From positions 1 through 64,000 of IMG/VR virus record IMGVR_UViG_3300045971_000356: a stretch of DNA of 64,000 nucleotides. One strand, given 5' to 3'. Position numbers and translations under genes: made by a program. The number at the start of each line of letters is the position of its first letter. The first letter of the stretch is position 1. This document shows, in pieces, positions 35,386 through 46,319 of this stretch. Below the pieces are notes generated by a model. It was not told where the DNA came from. It made no database searches and was given only the letters and a program-made list of their open reading frames with translations. Source of the stretch: a virus.

Positions 35386-35868
35386 ATGGCAACAGAATTT
35401 AAAAGCGCAAAACTTACCGTTAACTACGAAATGTCAGCACTTGACAGAAAAGATCGTGGCTTTTACGATAGCTTGACTGTTGAGGAAAAGAAGAGGTTTA
35501 GCAACTTTTTGATGATCCGTTATGGCAGTAGTGTTGGTGGTAGTTCCGACATGCAAGCGTATTACTTGATGTCGACAAACGCAAAGTTGAACAAGAACTT
35601 TTTCGCTATACCTAAAGAGCATGAAAAGTTACAGTGGCTTACAGTCACAACTATATCGCCAGGGATGGGGAATCAGAATCATCAATGGATCTCCATGAAG
35701 AAGAAGGAAGGCAGTGACGCAAAACTAATGAAGTTTTTACGCAAGCAGTATCCAACATACAAGGAAGATGATCTAAAAACATTGATAGCGGTGAACGAGC
35801 CATCAGTGTGGAAGACAATGGCAAAGGACTTGGGCATGACGCCTGAGCAAATTAAATCTGCCTTATAG
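35386..35868 (+). CDS. clamp-loader small subunit (gp62-like)
   Basis: FSNFLMIRY...LNKNFF...LQWL...WISMKKK. Confidence 0.6.
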   Translation: MATEFKSAKLTVNYEMSALDRKDRGFYDSLTVEEKKRFSNFLMIRYGSSVGGSSDMQAYYLMSTNAKLNKNFFAIPKEHEKLQWLTVTTISPGMGNQNHQWISMKKKEGSDAKLMKFLRKQYPTYKEDDLKTLIAVNEPSVWKTMAKDLGMTPEQIKSAL

Positions 35869-35983
35869 TAGCATTCTTTTTATTTTGTCTACACTACAAC
35901 TAAGAGCTCTTGCAGCATTGCTGGTGTCCTTTCCGACATTAGAGTAGTTGGGCCGGCAAGCCGCGAACTACACTATTATTTAT
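35863..35983 (-). pseudogene. deleted homing endonuclease: leader copy 2 plus C-terminal tail
   Basis: Conserved leader and ATG joined out of frame to ...AARALSCSVDKIKRMLL*, a NUMOD1-like tail. Confidence 0.6.
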
Positions 35984-35987
35984 CTAT

Positions 35988-36677
35988 ATGAACCTAACAA
36001 CTGAAATTTATAAATGCCAATATTGTGACAAGTCGTTTAGAAAATTGTCAACTCTTTCGGTTCATATTTGTGAACAGAAACGAAGAGCACAACAAGAAAA
36101 AGACACTGGTGTTCAACTTGGGTTTAGGGCATATTTGCGTTTTTACGAGATGACACAAGGCAGTGCTAAAACAAAAACATACGCTGACTTTTCAGACTCT
36201 GCTTATTACAGTGCGTTTGTAAAGTTTGGGCAATACTTGGTCCAAATACGATGTGTGAACACAGGCATGTTTACAGACTATTTGCTGAAGGAAAGCAAGA
36301 AGTTAGATCAGTGGACAAAAGACGTTTTTTACGATGAGTGGCTGTATACGCATCTACGCAAAGAGCATCCATCAGATGCGTTAGCACGAACGCTGACTGA
36401 ACTACAAACAGCAGCAGATGAGGCTGGGGTTCAACTTGCTGAATCGTTTACTAAAGTCTCAAGCAATAAACTGTGTAACATGATCGTAAACGGTCGTGTG
36501 AGTCCGTGGGTTTTATACAACTGTTCAAGTGGTGTAAATTTCTTGGCTTCACTAAATACTGAACAAGTTAAGTTAGTATTTAAATGGATTGAGCCAACAT
36601 TCTGGCAGCACAAATTTACGGATTTCGTTGCTGACGTGGAGTTTAATAAATCAGTGTTAGAAACTGCGGGATTATGA
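35988..36677 (+). CDS. C2HC/C2H2 zinc-finger protein
   Basis: YKCQYCDKSFRKLSTLSVHIC. Confidence 0.7.
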   Translation: MNLTTEIYKCQYCDKSFRKLSTLSVHICEQKRRAQQEKDTGVQLGFRAYLRFYEMTQGSAKTKTYADFSDSAYYSAFVKFGQYLVQIRCVNTGMFTDYLLKESKKLDQWTKDVFYDEWLYTHLRKEHPSDALARTLTELQTAADEAGVQLAESFTKVSSNKLCNMIVNGRVSPWVLYNCSSGVNFLASLNTEQVKLVFKWIEPTFWQHKFTDFVADVEFNKSVLETAGL

Positions 36678-36678
36678 T

Positions 36679-39350
36679 GTGGCAACTTCCATTAAACATA
36701 GCAATATTTTTAAGGCAGTGCATACAAATCTCGCTCCTGTTCCGTCAGCCATCGGAGAAACTGTAACCACAGTCCGTGGGTTTAACGATACATGGTTTTG
36801 GGTGAAGCCAGAAGCACCATTATGGCCCGCAGAATGGGAAGAAAATAAAATACACCAGAAAGAAATGGTAAAATGGTGCCTTGACTCTTTTGGCAATTTC
36901 GGCTATAATGTATGCACAGACCAGATTCGCTGGGCACACGAGAATAACGTTTTTTATTTTACTTTCGAATCAGACAGAAGCATGTTTCTGTTACGCTGGC
37001 AATGACGCTGAAACAATATATAGCATTGGACATTATTGGTGTTCAATCAATGCCTGCCTTCGCAGGCGAGATTTTCTCCATTACACGAAACAGGTTTGGT
37101 AAGCCAATGCGAGACCCAAAATATCAATTTTCACGTAAAGACTGGTTCATTGCCGACCTTTTTAATAAAGGTTATCACATGTCTGAAGTTCGAGAATGGT
37201 GCACTGAACAGTTTGGGCTAAAATCGGAAAATCCAGATGCATGGTCACGGTGGATCAACAATACTAACTCGTTATTTAGATTTCGCGACGAGAAAGATTA
37301 CGTGCTATTTGTATTACGGTGGGGATCATGACAGTTAAAAAAACTGTTAAGTGGACTGACTACCCGCACAGATCTAAAAAAGTGCTGCGTGGTCATTGGT
37401 GGTATGTAGCCCCTAACGGAAAAGATGGTCAGTGGTATGGATATTACACATGGTGTAACGAAACAATAGGTAGATGGTGCAGCATCGATGACGGCGAAAG
37501 CCCGTGGGAATTTATGAACGATCAATTTCTTTTTAGACGTGAGGCAGACTTACTGTTGTTTAAGTTGAAGTGGGAATAATGTCACGCATAACAATTACTT
37601 GCCCAATTACTTGGTGGGAACGTTGTAATTGGGTCGCTGAAAATTGTAAGGGATATAAAGATGCGACTTGCTGGTCAGCGTGGAATATTGGGTATGATGA
37701 CATTTATTTTGAAGTAAACGATAAAGACGCAATGTGGTATCATTTAATATGGGGGTGTAAATAATGTATCTGTCAGCAGAGGGACGAACGGTAGTCTTAC
37801 CATCAAAGCAATTTTACCACCTGATTGATCATCCGATCCGTGATTGGAATACAGCACAGTTTGGCAAAGGGCTATGGTTCGACAATGCTGCTTTTAAAGA
37901 TCCCGCAGTAATGTGGATAGTTGAAACAGGATTAGCCGCTACTGTGAAGTTTACGTTTAGGAAAAAAGAGGACGCGACGATGTTTGCGTTGAAGTGGCTT
38001 TAAGATGCACATAGTAAAGATTAGTAACGTTGACGCATTGGCAGAGGCTGAAGCGTGTCATTGGGCATGGAAAAACTGTTTGAGTTTTATTGGTTGGAAA
38101 TTGATTGAAGACAATAAAGTGATTGAATTTAAATTTAAGAGCGAGCATGATGCTTTGATGTTTACACTGATGTGGGCAAAATGAAGTTTTTTGAATACAT
38201 TAACGACAAGTGGCTTACTTTGTATACAGGCAAGGATAAAATCACACGAGATTGGGAAAAGTGGAGCGAGGAAAATATTGTCCGCAGGGCTGATACATTG
38301 CAAAACTATTTTGTGAACTTCAAGCACATCATTGAAGTTGACCCGCAAAAGTTTTGGGACTTCGCTGAACCATTTGGCTGGTGTGTGGTGGAAGATTTTC
38401 AACAATATGAATACCCGCAACGAGCGTTAGGAGACAATGCTGTGGGAAACTGGTTTAGGGGTTATTGGAATCAATGGGACAGTAGGTTTCACCTCACTGA
38501 CTTGGCTGGCAGTGATCGAGTATTTGTGGCAACTAACAACGATGAGGACGCATTGATGATTGCGTTAAAGTATTCATGACTGACGAGGAAATGGACCAGT
38601 TGAATTTGTTTACTGTCCCGTGGCATTGGACAGATGTAGTAATGCCAACGTATTTAACGGAAGCAGTAAACTGGTGTATTGAACTGGGTTTGGATTATGA
38701 GGTTGATTACTACGTTGAAACTATTGATGAAACGGTAAAAGTTGCGCCACGTGGGAAAATGACACAGGTAGTTCGAACACATCACTGGTTGTTTAAAGAT
38801 CCGCAATATGCTACAATGTTTAGATTAAAATGGTGTGGGCAATGATGTATTCAAGAAGTGAGTTTAAGAAAATATTGAATTCCTGGAAAAAAGGTCTGGG
38901 TAGTGAGAATGGGCCGGCGTGGGAAGGTGAAAAGCATGCGAAAGTTAAATGTGATTGGTTTGTAAAAGTCATTCCAATTACTGACGATTTCCACGTCGAT
39001 AATAACAAGAATAATTACTGGCGGTGGTGCAACGATACACTAACTGGCAAATTACTGTGTATCAGCACTACAGGCAATGTTAATGTTAATGTTAAGGATA
39101 GGCAAGAGTGGTGGGGTTTTACTAATAAAGATGATATTCCGCTGTGGCTGCTGAAGTGGGCATGACAACAGTTACTATAGTGAAGAATGAAGATGCGTTG
39201 CAAGCACTTTACTGGGCTAAAGAAAACTGCCCAAGTTATATAACGAACGACATGCACATGAACGGATATAATACATACGATGTGACGAAACTTGACTTCC
39301 ATTTTAGTGAAGCAGAGGATGCTCTAATGTTTAGATTGAGGTGGCAATGA
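36679..39350 (+). other. tandem array of ten small paralogous CDS
   Basis: CDS at 36679-37005, 37002-37331, 37328-37579, 37579-37764, 37764-38003, 38005-38184, 38181-38579, 38576-38845, 38842-39165 and 39162-39350 share the C-terminus F-x3-4-D-x3-F-x-L-[KR]-W. Confidence 0.8.
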
Positions 39351-39940
39351 TAAAACAACAAGGCGACATAGATATTGATTTCCCAAACAGGGATAACGCA
39401 CTGTCACATTTGATGCACTATAAAGCAAGCATTAAGCGTGATAAGACATTCAGCAAACACGCTACGGGGATATACTTCACGGAAATTCCGCATGACTTAG
39501 ACGGTAACGCAACTATTGATTACAAAGAGGCAGAGGGAAGAGGATACTTTAAGGTAGACTTCTTGAACGTGTCAGTATACGAGCAAGTGACGTCAGAGCA
39601 GCATTTAGTTGAGTTGATGACTACGAACCCACCGTGGCAGCGATTGCTTGAGCCAGATTTTTGCGCACAGTTGATACACGTGGGCAACTATAACTGGATG
39701 ATTAAAAACTTAGCAGAGCCTATTGACAGCATCCCGCGATTAATGATGTTTATATCTTTGATACGCCCCGGAAAGAAACATTTAGTTGGAAAAACTTGGA
39801 AAGAAATAGCAGAGACTATTTGGGACAAACCAACCGACGGGTCATATGCATTCAAAAAGTCGCATGCCTGCGCCTATTCGCATTTAATTATTGTTCACAT
39901 GAATCTATTGGTAGAGCAAGAGAAGTTATCCATTTGTTAA
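39347..39940 (+). CDS. minimal DNA polymerase III alpha-like protein
   Basis: [21 protein letters not shown] and [11 protein letters not shown] motifs in about 197 aa. Confidence 0.75.
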   Translation: MIKQQGDIDIDFPNRDNALSHLMHYKASIKRDKTFSKHATGIYFTEIPHDLDGNATIDYKEAEGRGYFKVDFLNVSVYEQVTSEQHLVELMTTNPPWQRLLEPDFCAQLIHVGNYNWMIKNLAEPIDSIPRLMMFISLIRPGKKHLVGKTWKEIAETIWDKPTDGSYAFKKSHACAYSHLIIVHMNLLVEQEKLSIC

Positions 39941-40631
39941 ACGTATTGATCGCCATTTCTTTTTTGTCTATAATTCTACTAACTCGTAATCGTTTTTGAC
40001 CAGTATTTTTTGCTACTCTATTTGCTACTGTGTCTATTGATTGTTTAATATGCTTGCCAAACATTCCATTTTTTGACCCAGGATGACCGCATTTTGCTTT
40101 TGCCTCAGCAGTATGTGTTTTGCCAAACATATGATTTCTATCACCAACCATAAGCCCAGTTAAACTTTTTGCTCTTTTATCTATTGTTTCTTTAGATTGC
40201 GCGCGACCTGCATTCTTTTTACCACCTTGCTTATATTTGTCATCTAATAGAGTCAATCCTTTATTCCACGGTATGTTTCCTTTCTTAACACCCATGTTTT
40301 TAGTTATTGCTTTTGGTTTTCTAAGTTTTTGCTTATGCTCATTGGTCATATTAACTATCCTACCACTGGTTCCGTCCCCACCGTCAGTTAAGTTTCTTAA
40401 AATACCTGTGTTGATATCTTTACGGCCATACCATTTGATTAATCTGCGTTCTATGGCTAACGCTCCGATCTCAGTGAGATTATTTTCAACTATAACAATT
40501 AAGTGTTTATTTTTCGGAAGGTTAACATTATGTTTTACAAAAACTCGACGCTTGCATCCCTTACCTATATAATATGGAGTTCCGTCTTGTCGCAAGTATG
40601 CGTAGACATAATAAATAAGTTGGCTGGACAT
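39888..40631 (-). CDS. GIY-YIG homing endonuclease
   Basis: [19 protein letters not shown]...RNLTDGGDG. Confidence 0.9.
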   Translation of the reverse strand: MSSQLIYYVYAYLRQDGTPYYIGKGCKRRVFVKHNVNLPKNKHLIVIVENNLTEIGALAIERRLIKWYGRKDINTGILRNLTDGGDGTSGRIVNMTNEHKQKLRKPKAITKNMGVKKGNIPWNKGLTLLDDKYKQGGKKNAGRAQSKETIDKRAKSLTGLMVGDRNHMFGKTHTAEAKAKCGHPGSKNGMFGKHIKQSIDTVANRVAKNTGQKRLRVSRIIDKKEMAINTFNKWITSLALPIDSCEQ

Positions 40632-40696
40632 ATGGCCTTTCATCGGGTTGTTTAGGGTAGTTGGACCTGCAAGTCGCGAACTACACTATTATTTAG
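40632..40696 (-). promoter_or_regulatory. conserved structured endonuclease leader, copy 3
   Basis: TAAATAATAGTGTAGTTCGCG...CCAACTACCCTA...GAAAGG. Confidence 0.7.
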
Positions 40697-40712
40697 CTTA
40701 TAATAACCTTCA

Positions 40713-40937
40713 ATGGATCTAATTAAAGACGTTAACAACTTATTTCGGTTTAAACTTCTTACAAAGCTTAGAAAGTTAAGTCCGAACAATAGGTTTGATG
40801 ATGCCTTTGATAAGTGGGTCTTTAAAAACTACGGGTTACGTTTGAGATACGAGTTGCCTGACCGCCCGTTAGTGATAACCGGGATGAATATTTCTGAAGA
40901 GGATTATACGTTGTTATTGCTAAAACTGTCTGCTTAG
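40713..40937 (+). CDS. small hypothetical protein
   Basis: C-terminal EEDYTLLLLKL loosely resembles the paralog family. Confidence 0.5.
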   Translation: MDLIKDVNNLFRFKLLTKLRKLSPNNRFDDAFDKWVFKNYGLRLRYELPDRPLVITGMNISEEDYTLLLLKLSA

Positions 40938-41311
40938 CCAATTTTACGTATCAGGGTGATACTGCGGCGCTTGGACTTTTTAAGCGCCATTTCTTTGAGG
41001 CTCAACGCTGGGCCTACTTTGATGTCAACGTCCTTAGAGTTTAACGTTTTTAGTGTGGGTCTGAAGAAATCCCACTCCTGCTTTAGAAACACGTTTATGG
41101 GCACCATGCGGTTACTTTCCCACCACCAAATCTCAGCAAGTTGTAGGAATACAATGCGATCTTCTTCAGATTTAACTACGCCCAAATCGTAAATGGTCGT
41201 AATCGCGTCGTCAACGTTTTGTATGATCCCAACGAAGTCAGTCTTAGCATACGTCAAATATGACAGGTATGGATGAGAATTCAGTAACTGCTGGTATTTA
41301 GGCTCGATCAT
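40934..41311 (-). CDS. conserved phage hypothetical protein
   Basis: WWWESNRMVPINVFL. Confidence 0.65.
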   Translation of the reverse strand: MIEPKYQQLLNSHPYLSYLTYAKTDFVGIIQNVDDAITTIYDLGVVKSEEDRIVFLQLAEIWWWESNRMVPINVFLKQEWDFFRPTLKTLNSKDVDIKVGPALSLKEMALKKSKRRSITLIRKIG

Positions 41312-42038
41312 ATTTTTTACATTTATTAAAGTGGAATTGTGTCATTGCACCTCCACCTCCAATTTTTCCGCAGTGCGGGCATTCTACTTGCTTTATATTT
41401 CGCTTCTTTTCAATCCCTAACTCTTTACGTAGTGCATTATTGGTTATCAGTGATGCGGCGTGATTCTTAGTATGCGATGAACTGCGTGATTTACCTTTAA
41501 GGGCATTACTAATTTTTTCACGGTGTTCTAATGTCTGAGCTCCTTTACTTTTTCCGAGATGTGAGGTGGACAGATTGTTTTTGTGAGCCTCACTTTTTAA
41601 CTTCCCGCGTAAACTGTTGCTTATTGCTATTTTGTGACCTTCAGATTTGGGATTTTTGTATTTCCCTTTTAGCGCCTCACTCATTTTTATTTTGACATAT
41701 TCAGGACGTGGCTTTCCCGTAAACATTTTCGACATGTGCTTCTTTTGATCATCAGATTGTCTATATCCGCTCGACCCCTCGCCGCCATCAGTTAAATTAT
41801 GCAACACACCAGTGTTTATATCTTTTCTGCCATAATAAGAAATCAATTGTTTTTCTAATAGAAACGCTTCGTTTTCAAATAATTTTTGTGCAAAAAATTT
41901 TATTTTACTGCGGTCAGAAGGAACGGTAACTGTGTGGCGATTAAACGCTCGGCGACCTTTACCCTTGCCTATATAGTAGGGGGTAATGTTGTCTTTACGC
42001 AAATATGCGTAAACATAAAATATTGCTTTATCGTCCAC
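41298..42038 (-). CDS. GIY-YIG homing endonuclease
   Basis: [20 protein letters not shown]...HNLTDGGEG. Confidence 0.9.
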   Translation of the reverse strand: MDDKAIFYVYAYLRKDNITPYYIGKGKGRRAFNRHTVTVPSDRSKIKFFAQKLFENEAFLLEKQLISYYGRKDINTGVLHNLTDGGEGSSGYRQSDDQKKHMSKMFTGKPRPEYVKIKMSEALKGKYKNPKSEGHKIAISNSLRGKLKSEAHKNNLSTSHLGKSKGAQTLEHREKISNALKGKSRSSSHTKNHAASLITNNALRKELGIEKKRNIKQVECPHCGKIGGGGAMTQFHFNKCKKYDRA

Positions 42039-42075
42039 AGTTTATTTAGTTTAGAAAAATCATATTGATAAATAC

Positions 42076-42867
42076 TTGATGCAATCAAATAATATTTATT
42101 ATTACGCTAACGCCGTTGACGTTCAGCTTGACTTAGACCCCACTATAACCACGAGGAATCGCATTGTGTATCAAAGAACTGTGAAAATTTATAAGGGCGT
42201 TGATAACACCCTGCAATTTAACTTTAAAAACTCCGACCAGAAAGCTGTCAACATCACTGGCTGGGACGTTTCGTTCAATGTCATATCTGATACTGATGGT
42301 GTTGTGATTTTGAGCAAGTTAGCAACCGTAGTAGATTTGCTTAAAGGCATCGTTACTGTTGAGTTAAATGAGTTGGATTTGATTGGGTTAGATCGTGAGT
42401 TTTACAACTATACGTTGAGCGTAACGGACCCACTTACAGGCAAAACCAAACCCGTGTATGTGGACGACAACTACGATGTTCGTGGTGAGCTGTCAGTATT
42501 GCCAGGGCGTTATCCTACCTTCTTGCCAAGCATTCAAGTTGGCTTCCCAACTGACAGCAACGTTACGGTTACCACAAGTGCTATCCGCAGCGAGTCACCA
42601 TCCCGCCAACTTAGCACATCGCACACAGCACAGTTTTACTTTGACAACTTCACGGGCAATATCGCTGTGCAAGCGACACTGGACTCGCTGCCACCAAATG
42701 GTGCTACGTCAGCAAACGTAACACTAAGCTGGGCAACCATTTCAACGTTGCCATACGTGAACCAAACTACACCAGATTATTACAACTTTGATGGTGTGTT
42801 TACGGCAGTTCGTTTTAACATAGCCAAAGATTCCGGCACTGTGACATCGGCGTTATACCGTCCTTAA
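42076..42867 (+). CDS. virion structural protein (BppU-like Ig fold)
   Basis: KIYKGVDNTLQFNFKNSDQKAVNITG, beta-rich, late promoter. Confidence 0.55.
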   Translation: MMQSNNIYYYANAVDVQLDLDPTITTRNRIVYQRTVKIYKGVDNTLQFNFKNSDQKAVNITGWDVSFNVISDTDGVVILSKLATVVDLLKGIVTVELNELDLIGLDREFYNYTLSVTDPLTGKTKPVYVDDNYDVRGELSVLPGRYPTFLPSIQVGFPTDSNVTVTTSAIRSESPSRQLSTSHTAQFYFDNFTGNIAVQATLDSLPPNGATSANVTLSWATISTLPYVNQTTPDYYNFDGVFTAVRFNIAKDSGTVTSALYRP

Positions 42868-42917
42868 TTGAGCCTATGGTATTTGATTTTACAGGAGCAG
42901 GCATATATAATAAGTGT

Positions 42918-43946
42918 ATGTCTACTCTGATTCAAGAAACTGCCCTAAGTCACTGGCGTGGCAAAACGAACTCCAAAGGGTGGAATTCTGGCAATGCGGT
43001 ATGCTGCACTCATAACGGCGAAACAATGGATTCCCGTGGTCGCGGCGGGTTCAAATCAGAGCCAGACGGATCAATTGTTTACTCTTGCTTTAACTGTCAA
43101 TTCACAACAGGCTACACACCAGGGCATCCATTATCCTACAAGTTTAGAAAACTACTTAGCTGGCTCAATGTAGATGATTTAGAAATCCATAGACTCTCAA
43201 TAGAAGCATTACGAGAGAAAGAAAAAATGGAGTTGCTGGGGATTATTGCCCCAGAAGTTAAAAAAGAGGAAATCAAAACAAACTACAAAGTTGAGCCTCT
43301 GCCAGAACAGGCGTTGTCGTTTATTGCGTTAGCTGAGTTTTACGAGTTGAAGGATAGTTTGGATTACCCCACAGGGTTAATGGAAGCAGTTGATTACATT
43401 AGCACTCGCAAGATAGACATGCGTAAGTATGATTTTTTGTGGACGCCAGACACAAGTTATAAGATGAACAAGCGGGTGATTATACCGTTTGTTTGGAAAG
43501 GGCAGACGATTGGATATACAGCACGAGCGATGCATGATGGAATCCTGCCTAAGTATGTAACGCATGTGGACTCAGGTTTTGTGTTCAACATGGACGCACA
43601 GAAGAAGGATTCCAAGTTCGTGATTGTATGCGAGGGTATCTTTGACGCATTGTCCGTAGATGGTGTTGCGGTGATGAAAGCTAACGCTAACCCACAGCAA
43701 GTAGCGCTCATTGAAAGTTTAGATCGCGAAATCATCGTTGTGCCTGATATGAACAAAACTGGTCGCAAGCTAATAGACCTTGCACTAAATAATAACTGGT
43801 CGGTGGCTTTCCCAGTGTGGGCGGAAACTTGCACCGACATCAATGAAGCAGTTTGCAAATACGGCAAATTGTTTGTGCTCAAAACAATACTTGACAGTGT
43901 TGAACGCAGCAAGCTAAAAATAAAACTACGAAGGAAGAAAATCTGA
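42918..43946 (+). CDS. DNA primase (gp61-like)
   Basis: Zn-binding CC...CFNC, TOPRIM motifs VCEGIFDAL and VPD. Confidence 0.85.
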   Translation: MSTLIQETALSHWRGKTNSKGWNSGNAVCCTHNGETMDSRGRGGFKSEPDGSIVYSCFNCQFTTGYTPGHPLSYKFRKLLSWLNVDDLEIHRLSIEALREKEKMELLGIIAPEVKKEEIKTNYKVEPLPEQALSFIALAEFYELKDSLDYPTGLMEAVDYISTRKIDMRKYDFLWTPDTSYKMNKRVIIPFVWKGQTIGYTARAMHDGILPKYVTHVDSGFVFNMDAQKKDSKFVIVCEGIFDALSVDGVAVMKANANPQQVALIESLDREIIVVPDMNKTGRKLIDLALNNNWSVAFPVWAETCTDINEAVCKYGKLFVLKTILDSVERSKLKIKLRRKKI

Positions 43947-44578
43947 TGAAGGTTGCTGTAATTGGATATCCGAGAACTGGATCTACTCTGGCTAGTATGC
44001 TATTATGTGAAGCATACAACTTAGAATATCTTGGGGAGTTAGTTCGTGGGTATTATAGCGACAGTGACAAGAGTTTAGCCTTTACAAAGTTAGATACCGT
44101 AGATAATATTTGCGTTAAATTTTTCCCAGGGCACATAAAAAATCATATTTCTGAAATTAGTTGGGGATTGTTTGATATAATCATAACAACTGGAAGAAAA
44201 TCAATAGTTGACGCATATATTAGTTTGGAATTTGCATTAAGCACTAATCATTGGATCAAGACTAAAGGTGATAGCTGGGCTACAAATATTCTTTCTGTAG
44301 ATGCATCTACAGAAAGAATACAGAAATGGGTAGAAGTTTATCTAGCATCACTTAACACAATAATTACAAAAATTGAAGCAATATATAAAAAACCAATTTT
44401 AAACTTTACATATGAAGAATTATTGAAAACTGCACCTGCAATGAAATCAGTGATCCCTGATCAAACAACTAATAAGTTGACAAGATTTGGAATAATACCA
44501 GCTGATATTAATTATAAAGAACAATGCATTAATTATGTAGAAGTAGAAAACAAATTTAAGGAGTTGGGGCTAATATGA
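43946..44578 (+). CDS. sulfotransferase-like protein
   Basis: IGYPRTGSTL PAPS-binding-like loop. Confidence 0.6.
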   Translation: MKVAVIGYPRTGSTLASMLLCEAYNLEYLGELVRGYYSDSDKSLAFTKLDTVDNICVKFFPGHIKNHISEISWGLFDIIITTGRKSIVDAYISLEFALSTNHWIKTKGDSWATNILSVDASTERIQKWVEVYLASLNTIITKIEAIYKKPILNFTYEELLKTAPAMKSVIPDQTTNKLTRFGIIPADINYKEQCINYVEVENKFKELGLI

Positions 44579-46017
44579 GTGAAGGCAAAGTATACAATAA
44601 AGATTTACAGCAGTTGTTTTTGGAGATGATGGTGGACTCGCCAGAGAGTTATGTGCGAGTTCAAAATATTTTTGATGTAAAAAACTTTGATCGCTCACTA
44701 CAAGAGGTAGCTGAGTTTGTGAAAGAGCATGCTGACAAGTATAAAGCAATGCCTACGGTTGAACAAATTAACGCATCGTTTGGTGTAGAGTTAAAGACAA
44801 CAAAGGGACTTAGCGAATCACATTACGATTGGTTCTTAGCTGAGTTTGAGGGGTTTAGTAAGACAAAAGCACTTGAGCGGGCGATTTTAAAAGCAGCAGA
44901 CTTGCTTGAGAAGGGCGGCGACTTTAACCCCATTGAAAAGTTGATTAAAGATGCGATACAGATAGGGTTAGTTAAGGACATTGGCACTGATTACTTTAAA
45001 GATCCACGGGAACGGCTGATGCAAATTAAGTCGTCCAATGGGCAAGTTAGCACTGGCTGGAAGAACTTAGACAAGGTGCTGTTTGGCGGCATGAACAGGG
45101 GCGAGTTAAACATTTTTGCTGGCGGCTCGGGTTCAGGTAAGTCACTGTTTATGCAAAACATTAGCGTGAACTGGATGACAGCAGGACTGAACGGGATTTA
45201 CTTAACGCTTGAGTTGAGTGAAGGGTTGTCTGCTATGCGTATTGACGCTATGGTAGCAAACTGCGGCACGAAGGACATTTTCAAGAACTTGGACGATGTT
45301 GAGTTAAAAGTTGGAATGACAGGTAAACGCTCAGGCAAGTTTCAGTTGAAGTATTTGCCCGCACAAAGCAATGTAAACGATATTCGTGCGTTTATCAAAG
45401 AATACGAAATTCAGATGAAAGCCAAAATAGACTTCTTGATGGTTGACTATTTGGACTTACTAATGCCCGTGACAGCTAAAGTTAGTCCAAATGACTTGTT
45501 TGTTAAAGACAAGTATGTATCGGAAGAACTGCGTAATTTGGCTAAGGAATTAAATGTATTGTTTATTACTGCGTCACAGTTGAATCGTGCAGCAGTTGAC
45601 GAGACAGAGTTTGATCACTCGCATATTTCGGGTGGTATTTCCAAGATCAATACAGCAGACAATGTGTTTGGTATCTTTACGAGCCGTGCGATGCGTGAGC
45701 GCGGTAAATATCAGCTACAGTTACTAAAAACACGTTCAAGTTCTGGTGTTGGCAGCAAGGTAGACTTAGATTTTGATGTAAACAGTTTACGAATTGTTGA
45801 TGCAATTGAGTCTGATGACTCAAACGGAAATACTTCTGCCCCTACAATGGCAAATAACATCTTGAATGGCATTAAGGGCAAGTCCAAAGTAACTAAGCCT
45901 GGTGAATTATTAGATGAGCATACGGGCGAAATCACTAAGGCACCACAAGCAGAGATACAAGCGACTATGTTGAAAAATATGTTGAACGGGCTTAAGACCC
46001 CAATTAAAACAAATTGA
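44575..46017 (+). CDS. replicative DnaB/gp41-like helicase
   Basis: GGSGSGKS, VDYLDL, TASQLNR. Confidence 0.92.
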   Translation: MSEGKVYNKDLQQLFLEMMVDSPESYVRVQNIFDVKNFDRSLQEVAEFVKEHADKYKAMPTVEQINASFGVELKTTKGLSESHYDWFLAEFEGFSKTKALERAILKAADLLEKGGDFNPIEKLIKDAIQIGLVKDIGTDYFKDPRERLMQIKSSNGQVSTGWKNLDKVLFGGMNRGELNIFAGGSGSGKSLFMQNISVNWMTAGLNGIYLTLELSEGLSAMRIDAMVANCGTKDIFKNLDDVELKVGMTGKRSGKFQLKYLPAQSNVNDIRAFIKEYEIQMKAKIDFLMVDYLDLLMPVTAKVSPNDLFVKDKYVSEELRNLAKELNVLFITASQLNRAAVDETEFDHSHISGGISKINTADNVFGIFTSRAMRERGKYQLQLLKTRSSSGVGSKVDLDFDVNSLRIVDAIESDDSNGNTSAPTMANNILNGIKGKSKVTKPGELLDEHTGEITKAPQAEIQATMLKNMLNGLKTPIKTN

Positions 46018-46055
46018 TCCATTTAACATAAATACTCTATACTTCGGAGCATTTC

Positions 46056-46319
46056 TTGCAAAAAAAGACGCGATCGCTACTTGACGAGTTAGACAGCCTG
46101 CTTATTCATAGAGATAGAGAAAATCTCATTGAAAGCAGAGCAACTCACATCATTCAAGGTGCTATAAACCTAATCAATACCATCCGTGAGTCATATGACG
46201 CCGATGTTGCAGACGAAATGGAGCGTAGGTTTATTAACAGCATTCGTGGTCAAGATCCTGCAAAGTTTACCCGGGGATTAAAGAGAATTACGAATGAAAA
46301 TAAACGAAATAGTCAGTAA
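46056..46319 (+). CDS. conserved phage hypothetical protein
   Basis: TTG start after GGAG, late promoter. Confidence 0.6.
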   Translation: MQKKTRSLLDELDSLLIHRDRENLIESRATHIIQGAINLINTIRESYDADVADEMERRFINSIRGQDPAKFTRGLKRITNENKRNSQ

